53,540 bases of DNA from NCBI GenBank assembly GCA_016218805.1, contig JACRCW010000043.1, forward strand, positions 1 through 53,540, read 5' to 3'. The stretch comes from Deltaproteobacteria bacterium. Lineage in GTDB: Bacteria > Myxococcota > JACRCW01. A model generated the notes under the pieces. It was not told the DNA's origin. It saw nothing but the letters and a program-made list of their open reading frames with translations, and searched no databases. Positions 20,772-29,369 of this stretch are shown here, in pieces. Within the stretch, counting starts at the first letter, position 1; each line of letters opens with the position of its first letter. The position numbers and the translations under genes are program-made.

Positions 20772-21845
20772 TCAGCGGGCGGCCGCGTCCCTGGCCCGCA
20801 AGGCCGCCCAGCGCAGTGCTGCCCGCAGCGCGCCGTCCGGGCGCTCCGTCCAGGGCCAGCCGGCCAGCAAGGCCCCCAGGCCCTTGTCCGGCGTGCGCCA
20901 GGGCGCTCCGTGCACGCCCGCCAGGCCGGCCAGCACGGGCCTGGCCCACGGGGGCGGGAGCGCGGCGTGCAAGGACAGCTGCCAGCGCGCGGCCAGCAGC
21001 TCCGCCAGCGCCCACCAGGCCCATCCCAGGCCCAGCGCCCGGCAGCGTTGTTCCACCACCGCGGCATCCGCCGCGTGGGCCAGCGCGCCCCAGGCGTCCA
21101 CCGCCATCTTGTAACGCGGCAGGAAGCGGTCCCCCGCCAGGTTGCCCACGGCGATCACCACCAGGTCCTCCGCGCCCGGACCCGGGATGCGCGTGCCGTC
21201 CGGAGTCTCCCAGTCCGCGGCGCGCGCCAGGATGCCCGGCGTGTCATCCCCAAACGGTGGGCTGTTGAGCGCCCGCACATGCAGGTCCACAGCAAGCTGC
21301 CCAGCCGCCAGATAGCACCGCTCCTTGGACGCCAGGGTCGTCGCCACGTGGCGGGGCGGAAGGTCCCTGCGGTAGCCGAGCGCCAGCAGCGCCCCGTGGG
21401 CCTCCGGTTCGGCCGCCGCCGGCACCAGCACGTCCAGGTCGCTCACGCCGCGCCGTCCCCGCCCGCCCAGGAACGCCGCGTCCGTCACCGCGCCCTTGAG
21501 GAACACGTGCGGGACCCCGGCGGCGTGGAACGCGTCATGGACCGCCGCGCGCGCGGTGCTCAGCATCACCGCCTGGGCAAGGCTTCGGCGCCGCGCGCGT
21601 TCCGCGGCCCCCGCCGGGAGCGCCACGCCGCGCGCCAACAGCCCGTCCGCCACCAGGCCGTCCAGTTGCACGGCCTCGGCCTTGCGGAGGAGGGCGGCAA
21701 CCAGCGCACCGTCCGGGTCTGGCAGACGGGCGGCGGGGAGCGCGCGTTGGTGCTGGGCGTGCACCGCCGCGCCCAGCGCGTCCCACATCAGTTCATCCAC
21801 GGGATCCGGTGTGGGGCGCAGCCACGTCCTGACTGGGGCGAACAC
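20772..21845 (-). CDS. Nucleotidyltransferase family protein (NTP_transf_5-like)
   Basis: GVPHVFLKG...R...SDLDVLV...VDLH motif set. Start is uncertain (21845, 21800 or 21788). Confidence 0.8.
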   Translation of the reverse strand: MFAPVRTWLRPTPDPVDELMWDALGAAVHAQHQRALPAARLPDPDGALVAALLRKAEAVQLDGLVADGLLARGVALPAGAAERARRRSLAQAVMLSTARAAVHDAFHAAGVPHVFLKGAVTDAAFLGGRGRRGVSDLDVLVPAAAEPEAHGALLALGYRRDLPPRHVATTLASKERCYLAAGQLAVDLHVRALNSPPFGDDTPGILARAADWETPDGTRIPGPGAEDLVVIAVGNLAGDRFLPRYKMAVDAWGALAHAADAAVVEQRCRALGLGWAWWALAELLAARWQLSLHAALPPPWARPVLAGLAGVHGAPWRTPDKGLGALLAGWPWTERPDGALRAALRWAALRARDAAAR

Positions 21846-21930
21846 GCGGGCAGACTTGAACAAACCAAAGTGGCGTGCAACAGATGACCCATCCGGGGGC
21901 GGACACGCTCCCACCTCACGAGCGTCCGTC

Positions 21931-22095
21931 ATGATGACCCGTCCCAACCCGACGCAGCCCGCTTCATCCTCCCAGACCGTGCCCGCGTACGAGGCACCCG
22001 CCGTGGCGTGGGAAGAGGACTTTGAACCGGCCGGTCAGGTCACCGGTTGTTCTGACAACATCGGTAACTGTGACGAGCGCCCGGAGGTCGTCTGA
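21931..22095 (+). CDS. Putative RiPP precursor peptide (54 aa)
   Basis: MMTRPNPTQPASSSQTVPAYEAPAVAWEEDFEPAGQVTGCSDNIGNCDERPEVV. YxxP leader motif and a two-Cys tail; first gene of the kinase-rSAM-PqqD operon. Confidence 0.78.
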   Translation: MMTRPNPTQPASSSQTVPAYEAPAVAWEEDFEPAGQVTGCSDNIGNCDERPEVV

Positions 22096-22892
22096 GCGGC
22101 AGCGGCCTGGGCATCACGCTCGCCGGCACGCATTACAGGCTGGACTGCCAGGACCCTGAGATCACCGGGCGCGTGGCTGCGCGCTACGCCGGCTTCCTGA
22201 CGGACGCCGCTTCTGCCACCACCGTGACCCTGGATGCGGCAGGCCCTGCACGAGCCCCGCTGGGCAACGCCCCGGTCACGGCGCGGCTGAGCGGGGGGCG
22301 CCTCATTGTGGAACAGGCGGGGGACGAGCCCTGGGGCTGGCTGGACCGGGCTGATGGCCGCGGGCGGGTGGTCCCGCACCGCTCCATGGCCGCGCTGGAC
22401 GTGCTGCTGCGCGCGGACGCCACGGTGCGGGCGTTGGAGGCGGGCGGGTGCGCGTTCCACGCCGCGGCGGTGGTGCTGGCAGACGGGGCGCACCTGTTCC
22501 CCGGCGTGTCCGGGGCGGGCAAGTCCACGGTTGCCCAGCACCTGGCCCGCGAGGGCGGCCGGGTGTTGTCCGACGAGTTTGTCGTGGTGGTGCCGTCGCC
22601 GGGAGGGGTGTGGACGGTGCACGGCAGCCCGTTCTGGTTGGGCAGCGCGGAGCCGGCGCGGTTGGCGCGCGCCTGGCAGCTGGGGCGTGGCGAACGGGCG
22701 GCGGTGACCGGGCTGGATGCGGGGTCCGTGGCGCGGCTCTTGACGCAGAACCTGAGCCTGGTGGTGGAGCCGGAGGGCGGCGTGGCGCGGGCGTTGGCCG
22801 TGGTTGCGCGGTTGGCGGGCGATGTTAAAGGGGGTGAACTCCGGTACGGGCTGGGGCAACCCATCCGGGGGCACCTGGAGCGCGCGGCATGA
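22092..22892 (+). CDS. HPr-kinase-related P-loop protein
   Basis: FHAAAVV...GVSGAGKST (Walker A), VLSDE, GSPFW. The frame is open back to a CTG at 22092; the first GTG is at 22173. Confidence 0.8.
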   Translation: MSGSGLGITLAGTHYRLDCQDPEITGRVAARYAGFLTDAASATTVTLDAAGPARAPLGNAPVTARLSGGRLIVEQAGDEPWGWLDRADGRGRVVPHRSMAALDVLLRADATVRALEAGGCAFHAAAVVLADGAHLFPGVSGAGKSTVAQHLAREGGRVLSDEFVVVVPSPGGVWTVHGSPFWLGSAEPARLARAWQLGRGERAAVTGLDAGSVARLLTQNLSLVVEPEGGVARALAVVARLAGDVKGGELRYGLGQPIRGHLERAA

Positions 22893-23968
22893 GAAACTAC
22901 GGGGAGTGGGTGGCTCGTGCTGCCGGGCTGGGGCGGCCCACCTCAGCGCACTTTGAGCTGACCTACCGCTGCAACCTGCGCTGCAAGCACTGCTTCCAGG
23001 AGCGGGACGCCGCCCCGGATGAACTGACGCGCGCGGACTGGCTGCGCGTGGTGGACCAGGCGCGCGAGGCGGGGATTCTGGTCATCACGCTGTCCGGCGG
23101 CGAGGCCATGCTGTCCCCGCACTTCTGGGACATTGCCGGGCACATCCGCGGCGCGGGGATGGCGTTCAAGCTGTTCACCAACGGGCTGGCGCTCACGCGG
23201 GTGAACTGCGCGCGCCTGGCGGCGCTGCGGCCGGCGGCGGTGGACATCTCCATCTTTTCGCTGGACCCCGCGGTGCATGACGCCATCACGGGCGCGCGCG
23301 GGTCGCTGCGGCGCGCGGTGAGCGGGCTCATCCGCCTGCGGCGTGCGGGCATTGCGGTGAAGGTGAAATGCCCGCTGCTGGATACTTCGTCCGCGGACTT
23401 CCGGCGCGTGCGCGGCCTGGCGCAGCGGTACGGCTGCGGCGTGGTGTTTGACCCGTTCATCAGCCCCAAGTTCAACGGCAACCAGGTGACCACGCAGTGC
23501 CGCGGTGATGATGAGATTCTCTACGAGTACTTTGAGGATGAGTCCACGCGGAAGCCTGGCTTGCGGGCGCTCAACCCCAAGGCGCCGGGTGATGCCATCT
23601 GCGGCGTGGCGCGGCGCTTTGTGACCGTGGCGCCGGACGGGCGGATGATTCCCTGCCCGCGCATGCAGCTGGACGTGGGCAACGTGCGGCACGGGCACCT
23701 GCACCGGATCTTCCTGGAGGCCCCGCTGCTGCAGAAGCTGCGTGCCACCACGTTTGGGGATTTGGCGGGATGCGGGGACTGCTCACGCTCCGGGTACTGC
23801 GGGCGGTGCAGCGCCACCGCGCTGCTGGAGGACGGTGACCTGTACGGGCCGTCCTCCCGGTCCTGCCACCTGGCGGAGGTCAAGGAGCGCGCGTGGGGCG
23901 TGACCCCGCCGGTGGGCGCGTACGTGCCGCACAAGAGCGCGGGCTCACTGCTCAAGGTGCTGCGGTGA
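22889..23968 (+). CDS. Radical SAM protein with SPASM domain (peptide maturase type)
   Basis: CNLRCKHC, SGGEA, FTNG; SPASM Cys pattern C..DGRMIPC...CGDC.....CGRC...C; ATGA overlap with the upstream gene. Confidence 0.93.
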   Translation: MRNYGEWVARAAGLGRPTSAHFELTYRCNLRCKHCFQERDAAPDELTRADWLRVVDQAREAGILVITLSGGEAMLSPHFWDIAGHIRGAGMAFKLFTNGLALTRVNCARLAALRPAAVDISIFSLDPAVHDAITGARGSLRRAVSGLIRLRRAGIAVKVKCPLLDTSSADFRRVRGLAQRYGCGVVFDPFISPKFNGNQVTTQCRGDDEILYEYFEDESTRKPGLRALNPKAPGDAICGVARRFVTVAPDGRMIPCPRMQLDVGNVRHGHLHRIFLEAPLLQKLRATTFGDLAGCGDCSRSGYCGRCSATALLEDGDLYGPSSRSCHLAEVKERAWGVTPPVGAYVPHKSAGSLLKVLR

Positions 23969-24246
23969 GCCAGGTTCACGCGGGAGCGCGCCCGCGCGCC
24001 GCCGCGCGCTGCGCGTGGCAGGCGGTGGAAGGCGAGGCCGTGGTGATTGACCTGGAGACGCGCCGTGTGTTGGGGCTCAACCGCACGGGGTCCCTGGTGT
24101 GGTCCCGCATGGATGGCCGCCGCACGGTGGCGGAGCTGTCCCAGGATGTGGCCGCGGCGTTCCAGGTGGCGCCGGAGACGGCGTCCCGGGATGTGGAAGC
24201 GTTTCTGGCGCCGCTGGTGGCCCGCGGGCTGGTGGAGCTGGCCTGA
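23965..24246 (+). CDS. PqqD family RiPP recognition element (RRE)
   Basis: VEGEAVVIDL...LNRTGSLVW...DG.RTV...F.V......DV..FL..L...GLV; GTGA overlap with the rSAM stop. Confidence 0.92.
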   Translation: MSQVHAGARPRAAARCAWQAVEGEAVVIDLETRRVLGLNRTGSLVWSRMDGRRTVAELSQDVAAAFQVAPETASRDVEAFLAPLVARGLVELA

Positions 24247-24302
24247 GCGGTTTGCTGTCAGGGAGCCAACCAGAGGCATCCCCGCATGCGGACGCCGGCA
24301 TC

Positions 24303-24450
24303 CCGGGAGGACTCGGCTCCGAGCCAGCGTCACGGGGCCAACCACGGAGGCCACAAAACAGCCCCGGACGCCTTACCTGACCGTGCGCGGGATGACGGCG
24401 CCTCTGTGGGGTGACCCGTTGTGGGCTCGGCAGGAGCCGAGTCCTCCCGG
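24303..24450. repeat. 18-bp perfect inverted repeat pair (REP-like)
   Basis: CCGGGAGGACTCGGCTCC (24303-24320) and GGAGCCGAGTCCTCCCGG (24433-24450); GGGCTCGGCAGGAGC also occurs at 1498. Confidence 0.7.
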
Positions 24451-24499
24451 ACCCGGCTCGCCCTCATCCTGGCTTGGACCGGCAAATGAGGGGATCCCG

Positions 24500-25072
24500 T
24501 CAGGGAGCCAACGGGTCGCGGTAGACCTCGTCCACCGCCAGGGCGGCGTCCACGGAGGCCAGGTGTGCGGTTTCGCCGGGACCCCATTCGTGCAGCGTCC
24601 AGCCGCCCTCCTCCCGCCGGAAGACCTCAATGCGGGGACCGCGCTGGGACACCAGGACGTACTCGCGCAGGCTCTCCAGGCGCCGGTAGTGCGCAAACTT
24701 CTCCCCGCGGTCGTACGCTTCGGTGCCGTCTGACAGGACCTCTACGATCACCACCGGGTTGAGCACGCCGTGCGGGTCCGGTTCGGCCGTCTCCACCTTC
24801 CCGCACACCACGGAGACGTCCGGGTAGGTGGACAGGCCGGTGGCACCCACCCGCACGCGCGCGTCAGAGGACAACACCACGCACGGCCGCCCGCGCAGCT
24901 GCGCGAGCAGCGTCGCTCCCACCGCCATTTGCAGGCGCGCGTGCTCCACCGTGCCGCCCGCCATGGCAAACACTTCCCCGTTGACCCATTCGTGCTTTTC
25001 CGCGGCGTGTTCCTCCGCGGCCAGATAGGCCTGATAGCTCATGCGGTTGGCGGCGGCGGCGGCGGTGACCAT
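24500..25072 (-). CDS. Uma2 family putative endonuclease (DUF820)
   Basis: YLAAEE...KHEWVNGEVFAMAGG, YPDVSVVC, VEVLS..TE.YDRGEKF..YR. Confidence 0.9.
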   Translation of the reverse strand: MVTAAAAANRMSYQAYLAAEEHAAEKHEWVNGEVFAMAGGTVEHARLQMAVGATLLAQLRGRPCVVLSSDARVRVGATGLSTYPDVSVVCGKVETAEPDPHGVLNPVVIVEVLSDGTEAYDRGEKFAHYRRLESLREYVLVSQRGPRIEVFRREEGGWTLHEWGPGETAHLASVDAALAVDEVYRDPLAP

Positions 25073-25168
25073 GACGCCGCCCAACATACCACGCGCTCCC
25101 CACCCGGCCTGGGCGCGGTGGACCTTAACGCCGCCGCCGGGGGTGCCGAACGCTCCGCAGGAGGCAAC

Positions 25169-26773
25169 ATGTCCGTCCTGGCACCCCTTCGCGAAGCTCC
25201 TCCCGCGGTGTCCGCACCGCCAGCGCCTGTCCCCCTGCGCGTCCTGCTGGTGGAGGACGAGGACTCCATCCGGGAGATGATCCGGCGCTACCTGGAAGGC
25301 AAGGGCATGGCCGTGACCCCGGCGGCCCAGGGCGAGGAAGCCTGGCGCCTGTTCCAATCCGGCGTGTACGACGCGGTGGTCACCGACCTGCTGGTGCCCC
25401 AGCTCAACGGGCGCCAGCTGGTGGGCCGCATCCGCGCGGCGGGCGGCCAGGGGGATGTGCCGGTGGTGATGATCAGCGCCAGCTTCCTCAACGCGCGTGA
25501 CGAGGCGGCGTGCCTGGGGGACCTGGCGGTGCAGGCGGTGTTCCGAAAGCCGCTGAGCCTGCGGGACCTGGCGGGCAGCGTGGCGGAGCTGGGGCGGCAC
25601 CACCGCCGGCTGCGGGAGGCCCAGTTGCTGGGCCGGCCGCTCATCCAGGTCCAGGCGCCGCCGCGCCGCACCGTCACGCAGACGCGGCTGCGCGCGGTGA
25701 CCTCCAACCACCTGGGGCCGCTGACGGGGGAGAACTCGCTGGTGGGCCTGGCGGCGGTGGCCAACCGCTGCTTCCAGGAGCGGGTGGACGGCGTGCTGGA
25801 GGTGGCGGACGGCGAGGGCACCCGCCGGATCACCTTCCACGAGGGCCTGGTGGTGGCAACCTCATCCACCGTGGTGGAGGAGCGGCTGTCCACGCTGCTG
25901 CGGGATGCGGGCCTGGTGTCCGCCGAGCACGACGTGATGGCCCAGCACGTGATGGCGCGCGAGGGCGGCCGGTACGGCTACGCGGTGGCGCGCGCGGCGG
26001 GCATCCCGCCGTCCACCGTGGCGCAGGCGCTGGAGGAGCAGACCTTGTGGGTCACCATGCTGGCCCTCAGCCGCACCTCGGGAACGTGGCGGTTGCAGTC
26101 CACCACGGACAACCCGGTGCTCACCATGCAGCTGCGCATGGACCCCATGGAGGCGGTGCAGCGCGCGGCGCTGGAATGCGTTCCCGCGGAGACCGCGCGG
26201 GACGTGCTGTGCGGGCTGGCGGCTTCGCCGGTGCGCCGCTCCCCCGTGTATGACGAGCGGGTGGCCGTGTTCTCCATGCTGCGGCCGGACCCGGCGGTGG
26301 TGCGCTGCGTGTCCGACGCCCGTGACGTGGAGGACGCGCTGCGGCGCGCGGCGCCGCTGCCCGGCGGCGTCAACCAGTTGCTGGCGCTGCTGCTGTCCGG
26401 CGCCCTGACCGTGGAAGGCCTTCCCGGCCACGGCACCGCCGGCCCGCGCGCGCCCGTGCTGGGTGCGTTTGGCGGCCTGTGGCGTCCGCCCCACGTGCCA
26501 GCGGCCACGCTGCGCGTGCGCGAGGCCATTGCCCTGGAGTGGCTGCGCACCGGGGGCTGCCCGCCCGCAGAGATCCTCCGCGTGGGCGCACCGGAGGGCG
26601 CGCCTACCGTGCAGGAGGCGCTGCGCCTGCAGGAGGAGCGTTTTGGCGCCGCGTTCCTGGATGAGATGGACCTGGGGCCCGCCAAGCGCGTGCTGGCCGT
26701 GGTGCGCCTGCGGCTGCGGGAGGCGGCGCGCCAGTTGGAACAGTCCGCCGCTGACCAGCGCGCGGCCGTGTGA
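25169..26773 (+). CDS. Response regulator with receiver and DUF4388-like domains
   Basis: VLLVEDE, VVTDLLVPQLNG, KP; GVLEV...RRITFHEGLVV...S....ERL..LL; ggagg RBS. Confidence 0.8.
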   Translation: MSVLAPLREAPPAVSAPPAPVPLRVLLVEDEDSIREMIRRYLEGKGMAVTPAAQGEEAWRLFQSGVYDAVVTDLLVPQLNGRQLVGRIRAAGGQGDVPVVMISASFLNARDEAACLGDLAVQAVFRKPLSLRDLAGSVAELGRHHRRLREAQLLGRPLIQVQAPPRRTVTQTRLRAVTSNHLGPLTGENSLVGLAAVANRCFQERVDGVLEVADGEGTRRITFHEGLVVATSSTVVEERLSTLLRDAGLVSAEHDVMAQHVMAREGGRYGYAVARAAGIPPSTVAQALEEQTLWVTMLALSRTSGTWRLQSTTDNPVLTMQLRMDPMEAVQRAALECVPAETARDVLCGLAASPVRRSPVYDERVAVFSMLRPDPAVVRCVSDARDVEDALRRAAPLPGGVNQLLALLLSGALTVEGLPGHGTAGPRAPVLGAFGGLWRPPHVPAATLRVREAIALEWLRTGGCPPAEILRVGAPEGAPTVQEALRLQEERFGAAFLDEMDLGPAKRVLAVVRLRLREAARQLEQSAADQRAAV

Positions 26774-26786
26774 GCCGGGAGGAACC

Positions 26787-27809
26787 GTGGACACGTCGGC
26801 CGAATGCGCGGGGGCACGCGTGCTGATTGTGGATGACAGCGCCACCATGCGCGCGTGGCTGGCGGCGCGGCTGCGCGCGGCGCCGCTGCTGGCGGAAGTG
26901 CAGGAGGCCACCAACGGGGCGGTGGGCGCGCGGATGGCGCTGGAGCAGGAAGTGGACGTGGTGCTGTGCAACCTGCGGATGCCGTTCCTGGACGGGATTG
27001 GCTTCCTGCGGGTGGTGCGGCAGTCCCGGTCCCGCCTGGAGCTGCCGGTGCTGCTGGTGACCGCCAGCACCAGCGTCCCGGACAAGGTGACCGGTTTCCA
27101 TGCCGGGGCGTCTGACTACCTCACCACGCCGTGCGAGCCGGAGGAGCTGGTGGCCCGCGTGAGCGTGCACGCCACGGTGGCGCGCCTGCACCGCGCCATG
27201 GTCACCCAGGCCCACACCGACCCGCTGACCGGCCTGGCCAACCGACGCGCGCTGCAGTTGGCGTTTGAACGCGAGGCGGTTCGCGCGGTGCGCCACGGGA
27301 CGCCGCTGGGAATGGTCCTGGTGGACCTGGACCACTTCAAGCACATCAATGACACCCTGGGGCACCCCGCCGGGGACGCGGTGTTGCGGGACCTGGCGCG
27401 CATGCTGCGCGGCGCCTGTCGTGCGTATGACATTGTGGCGCGCATGGGAGGCGAGGAATTCGCGCTGCTGCTGCCGGAGTCAGACCTGCAGGGCGCCCTT
27501 GAGGTGGGCGAGCGGGTCCGTTCCACCGTCATGTCCCGGCGGCTGGGCGAGCTGGACGCCGGCAAGGTCACACTCAGCGCCGGCGTGGCGGCGTGGACGC
27601 CCGGGGGCGCACCGCCGGCCTGGGACACGCTGTACGGCCTGGCGGACGCGGGCGTGTACACGGCCAAGTCCACCGGCCGGAACCGCGTGGCCCGCGCCGT
27701 GGTGCCCTCCCCGCCGCCTCCGCCGGAAGGGGCCGCCACCGGCATCCACGCCGTCCCGCCCGCTCCGCTGCCCGCCACCGCGCAGGTGGCTGCGGATCCC
27801 GCGGCCTGA
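26787..27809 (+). CDS. Receiver-GGDEF diguanylate cyclase
   Basis: VLIVDDS, DPLTGLANRR, DLDHFKHINDTLGH, RAYD I-site, RMGGEEF; GTG start after ggagga. Confidence 0.9.
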   Translation: MDTSAECAGARVLIVDDSATMRAWLAARLRAAPLLAEVQEATNGAVGARMALEQEVDVVLCNLRMPFLDGIGFLRVVRQSRSRLELPVLLVTASTSVPDKVTGFHAGASDYLTTPCEPEELVARVSVHATVARLHRAMVTQAHTDPLTGLANRRALQLAFEREAVRAVRHGTPLGMVLVDLDHFKHINDTLGHPAGDAVLRDLARMLRGACRAYDIVARMGGEEFALLLPESDLQGALEVGERVRSTVMSRRLGELDAGKVTLSAGVAAWTPGGAPPAWDTLYGLADAGVYTAKSTGRNRVARAVVPSPPPPPEGAATGIHAVPPAPLPATAQVAADPAA

Positions 27810-27891
27810 GCGGTTGGCCATGGGGTGCGGCCCGGATGCGCCCCCCCGCTGTGAACAGTCACGTGTTTTCATGGGGTTGGCCGCCCGTACC

Positions 27892-28010
27892 TGATACGGG
27901 AAAGCCGCCGGGGTGATACGGGAAGGCAGCCAGCGCGGTACGGGGAGGACACCGCCGCGGTACGGGAGCACGCCGCCGCGGTACGGGGAGCCTCCCCGGG
28001 GCTACGGAAA
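27892..28010. repeat. Degenerate 21-22 bp tandem array with a TACGG core (6 units)
   Basis: TACGG at 27895, 27917, 27939, 27961, 27982 and 28003. Confidence 0.75.
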
Positions 28011-28024
28011 GGGCGTCTCCACGC

Positions 28025-28801
28025 TCACCCGGGCAATCCGCCGGACGCCTTCTTGGCGCGCGCCCGGAGGTTGCGACGGCGAATGTAGGTGGACAGATAC
28101 GCCGCCCGCCGCGTGTTGTTCCGGTCCTTCCGGTAGGCGTGCCGCCCATGCGCACGCAGTTCACCCAGCGGTTCCAGCAACGCGGTGTAGATCCGGTCAC
28201 GCGTGTCCTTGGCGTCCGACGCACCCCGGGTTGCGCCTTCCCTGGCCAGGGCGGTCCGCAGCTTTCCCGCCGCCTCGCCCATCGCTGCGCTGGTCCCGTC
28301 CACGTCGTACTTCTTGGCCGCAAACAGCGCGCGCTTGTCGGTCACCAGCACCACCAGGTCCACCAGGTCCGCCACCAAATCGTCCAACCCTTCCCCTTCA
28401 CGAATGGCCGACAAGCGGTCCCGCCCTTCCGGGTCCTTGGCCAGCGCCAGGTCCCCGGTCTCCAATGCGTCTTGCCGCAGGTCCTCGGCCTGGGTGATGA
28501 GACGGAGCGTCTCCTCGGTCCGGCCCGTGGCGCGCTCGGCGTTCCAGATGGCCTGCGCTGACAAAAGGCCATGGATGAGCTTCTCCACGCGGGGAACGAC
28601 CTCGGGCTCCAATCCGACCGCGTCCAAGGCCTCCGCCTGGTCCTGCGCGGCGACCAATGAGGTCATCGCCTCGTCAAGGAAGATGGGGACCGGCATGTCC
28701 GGCTCGCGGACGTCCTCGGCGGGGATGGCGCCGACCTCCACGCGCAGCGGGGCGACGACGGCACGGTGTTGATCAAGCGTCAAAGCAGGCGTTTCAGCCA
28801 T
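28025..28801 (-). CDS. Hypothetical alpha-helical protein (258 aa)
   Basis: aggagg RBS, MAETPALTL start, protein-like composition. Confidence 0.75.
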   Translation of the reverse strand: MAETPALTLDQHRAVVAPLRVEVGAIPAEDVREPDMPVPIFLDEAMTSLVAAQDQAEALDAVGLEPEVVPRVEKLIHGLLSAQAIWNAERATGRTEETLRLITQAEDLRQDALETGDLALAKDPEGRDRLSAIREGEGLDDLVADLVDLVVLVTDKRALFAAKKYDVDGTSAAMGEAAGKLRTALAREGATRGASDAKDTRDRIYTALLEPLGELRAHGRHAYRKDRNNTRRAAYLSTYIRRRNLRARAKKASGGLPG

Positions 28802-29141
28802 GGAGAAGCCTCCTGAGGTTGTGGGTTGAAGGCCAGAAAGCTGCCCCAATGGCGCGGCGGTGAGCAAGCCCGTGGGACCAGCGCAACGCCCATCTTGACG
28901 GGCTGCATCACGGGCGGGTTGGCCGGGGTCAACGTGGTTGCCTCCGACAGGAATCAACGGGAAACATGACCGGGACAGGCTTGAGAAGCGGTGCCGGTAC
29001 ATCCTGCGGCGGGTTTCCACGCGCGGATGACGGCCATGCCGGCGCCTCAGTACACCTCCCCAGAGAGAAAGCTGATCCTTTGAGGCGCGCTTGCGGGCGG
29101 GGTCCGCCATCAACGGCAGAGGGCGGGCAATGAACCACGTC

Positions 29142-29359
29142 GTAGGGCGGGGGCTTGTCCGGGCTTGTCCCCCGCCCGGTTCACTCAAACGCGGGCGCTC
29201 CCGCTTCGCTGACGGCATGGTGTGCGAGCCCGCCCCATCACCGCATGGAGAGCAGAGTCGAGCCGAATCGAATCCGTTCGCTGCGACACGGCGGAGGAAG
29301 TCATTCGCGTCTGAACGGCCCTGCATCTCAATCGGGCGGGGGACAAGCCCCCGCCCTAC
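29142..29359. repeat. Inverted pair of GTAG-type REP elements (REPIN-like)
   Basis: GTAGGGCGGGGGCTTGTCC(GGGCTTGTCC)CCCGCCC at 29142 with an inverted copy at 29334-29359; the same pair recurs at 52587-52779. Confidence 0.85.
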
Positions 29360-29369
29360 AAGGAAACGC

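Noticed and set aside
22889..24246. PQQ biosynthesis (pqqDE)
   Set aside because: No pqqB or pqqC, and the peptide lacks the PqqA ExxxY motif.
21931..24246. Canonical lasso peptide cluster
   Set aside because: No asparagine-synthetase-like cyclase or transglutaminase-like B2 protease in the window.
24500..25072. Uma2 protein as part of the RiPP locus or a defence system
   Set aside because: It is convergent to the cassette, separated by a repeat element, and belongs to a commonly scattered multicopy family.
27892..28010. Possible mini-CRISPR
   Set aside because: The conserved core is only about 5-7 bp with a 21-22 bp period, far too short.
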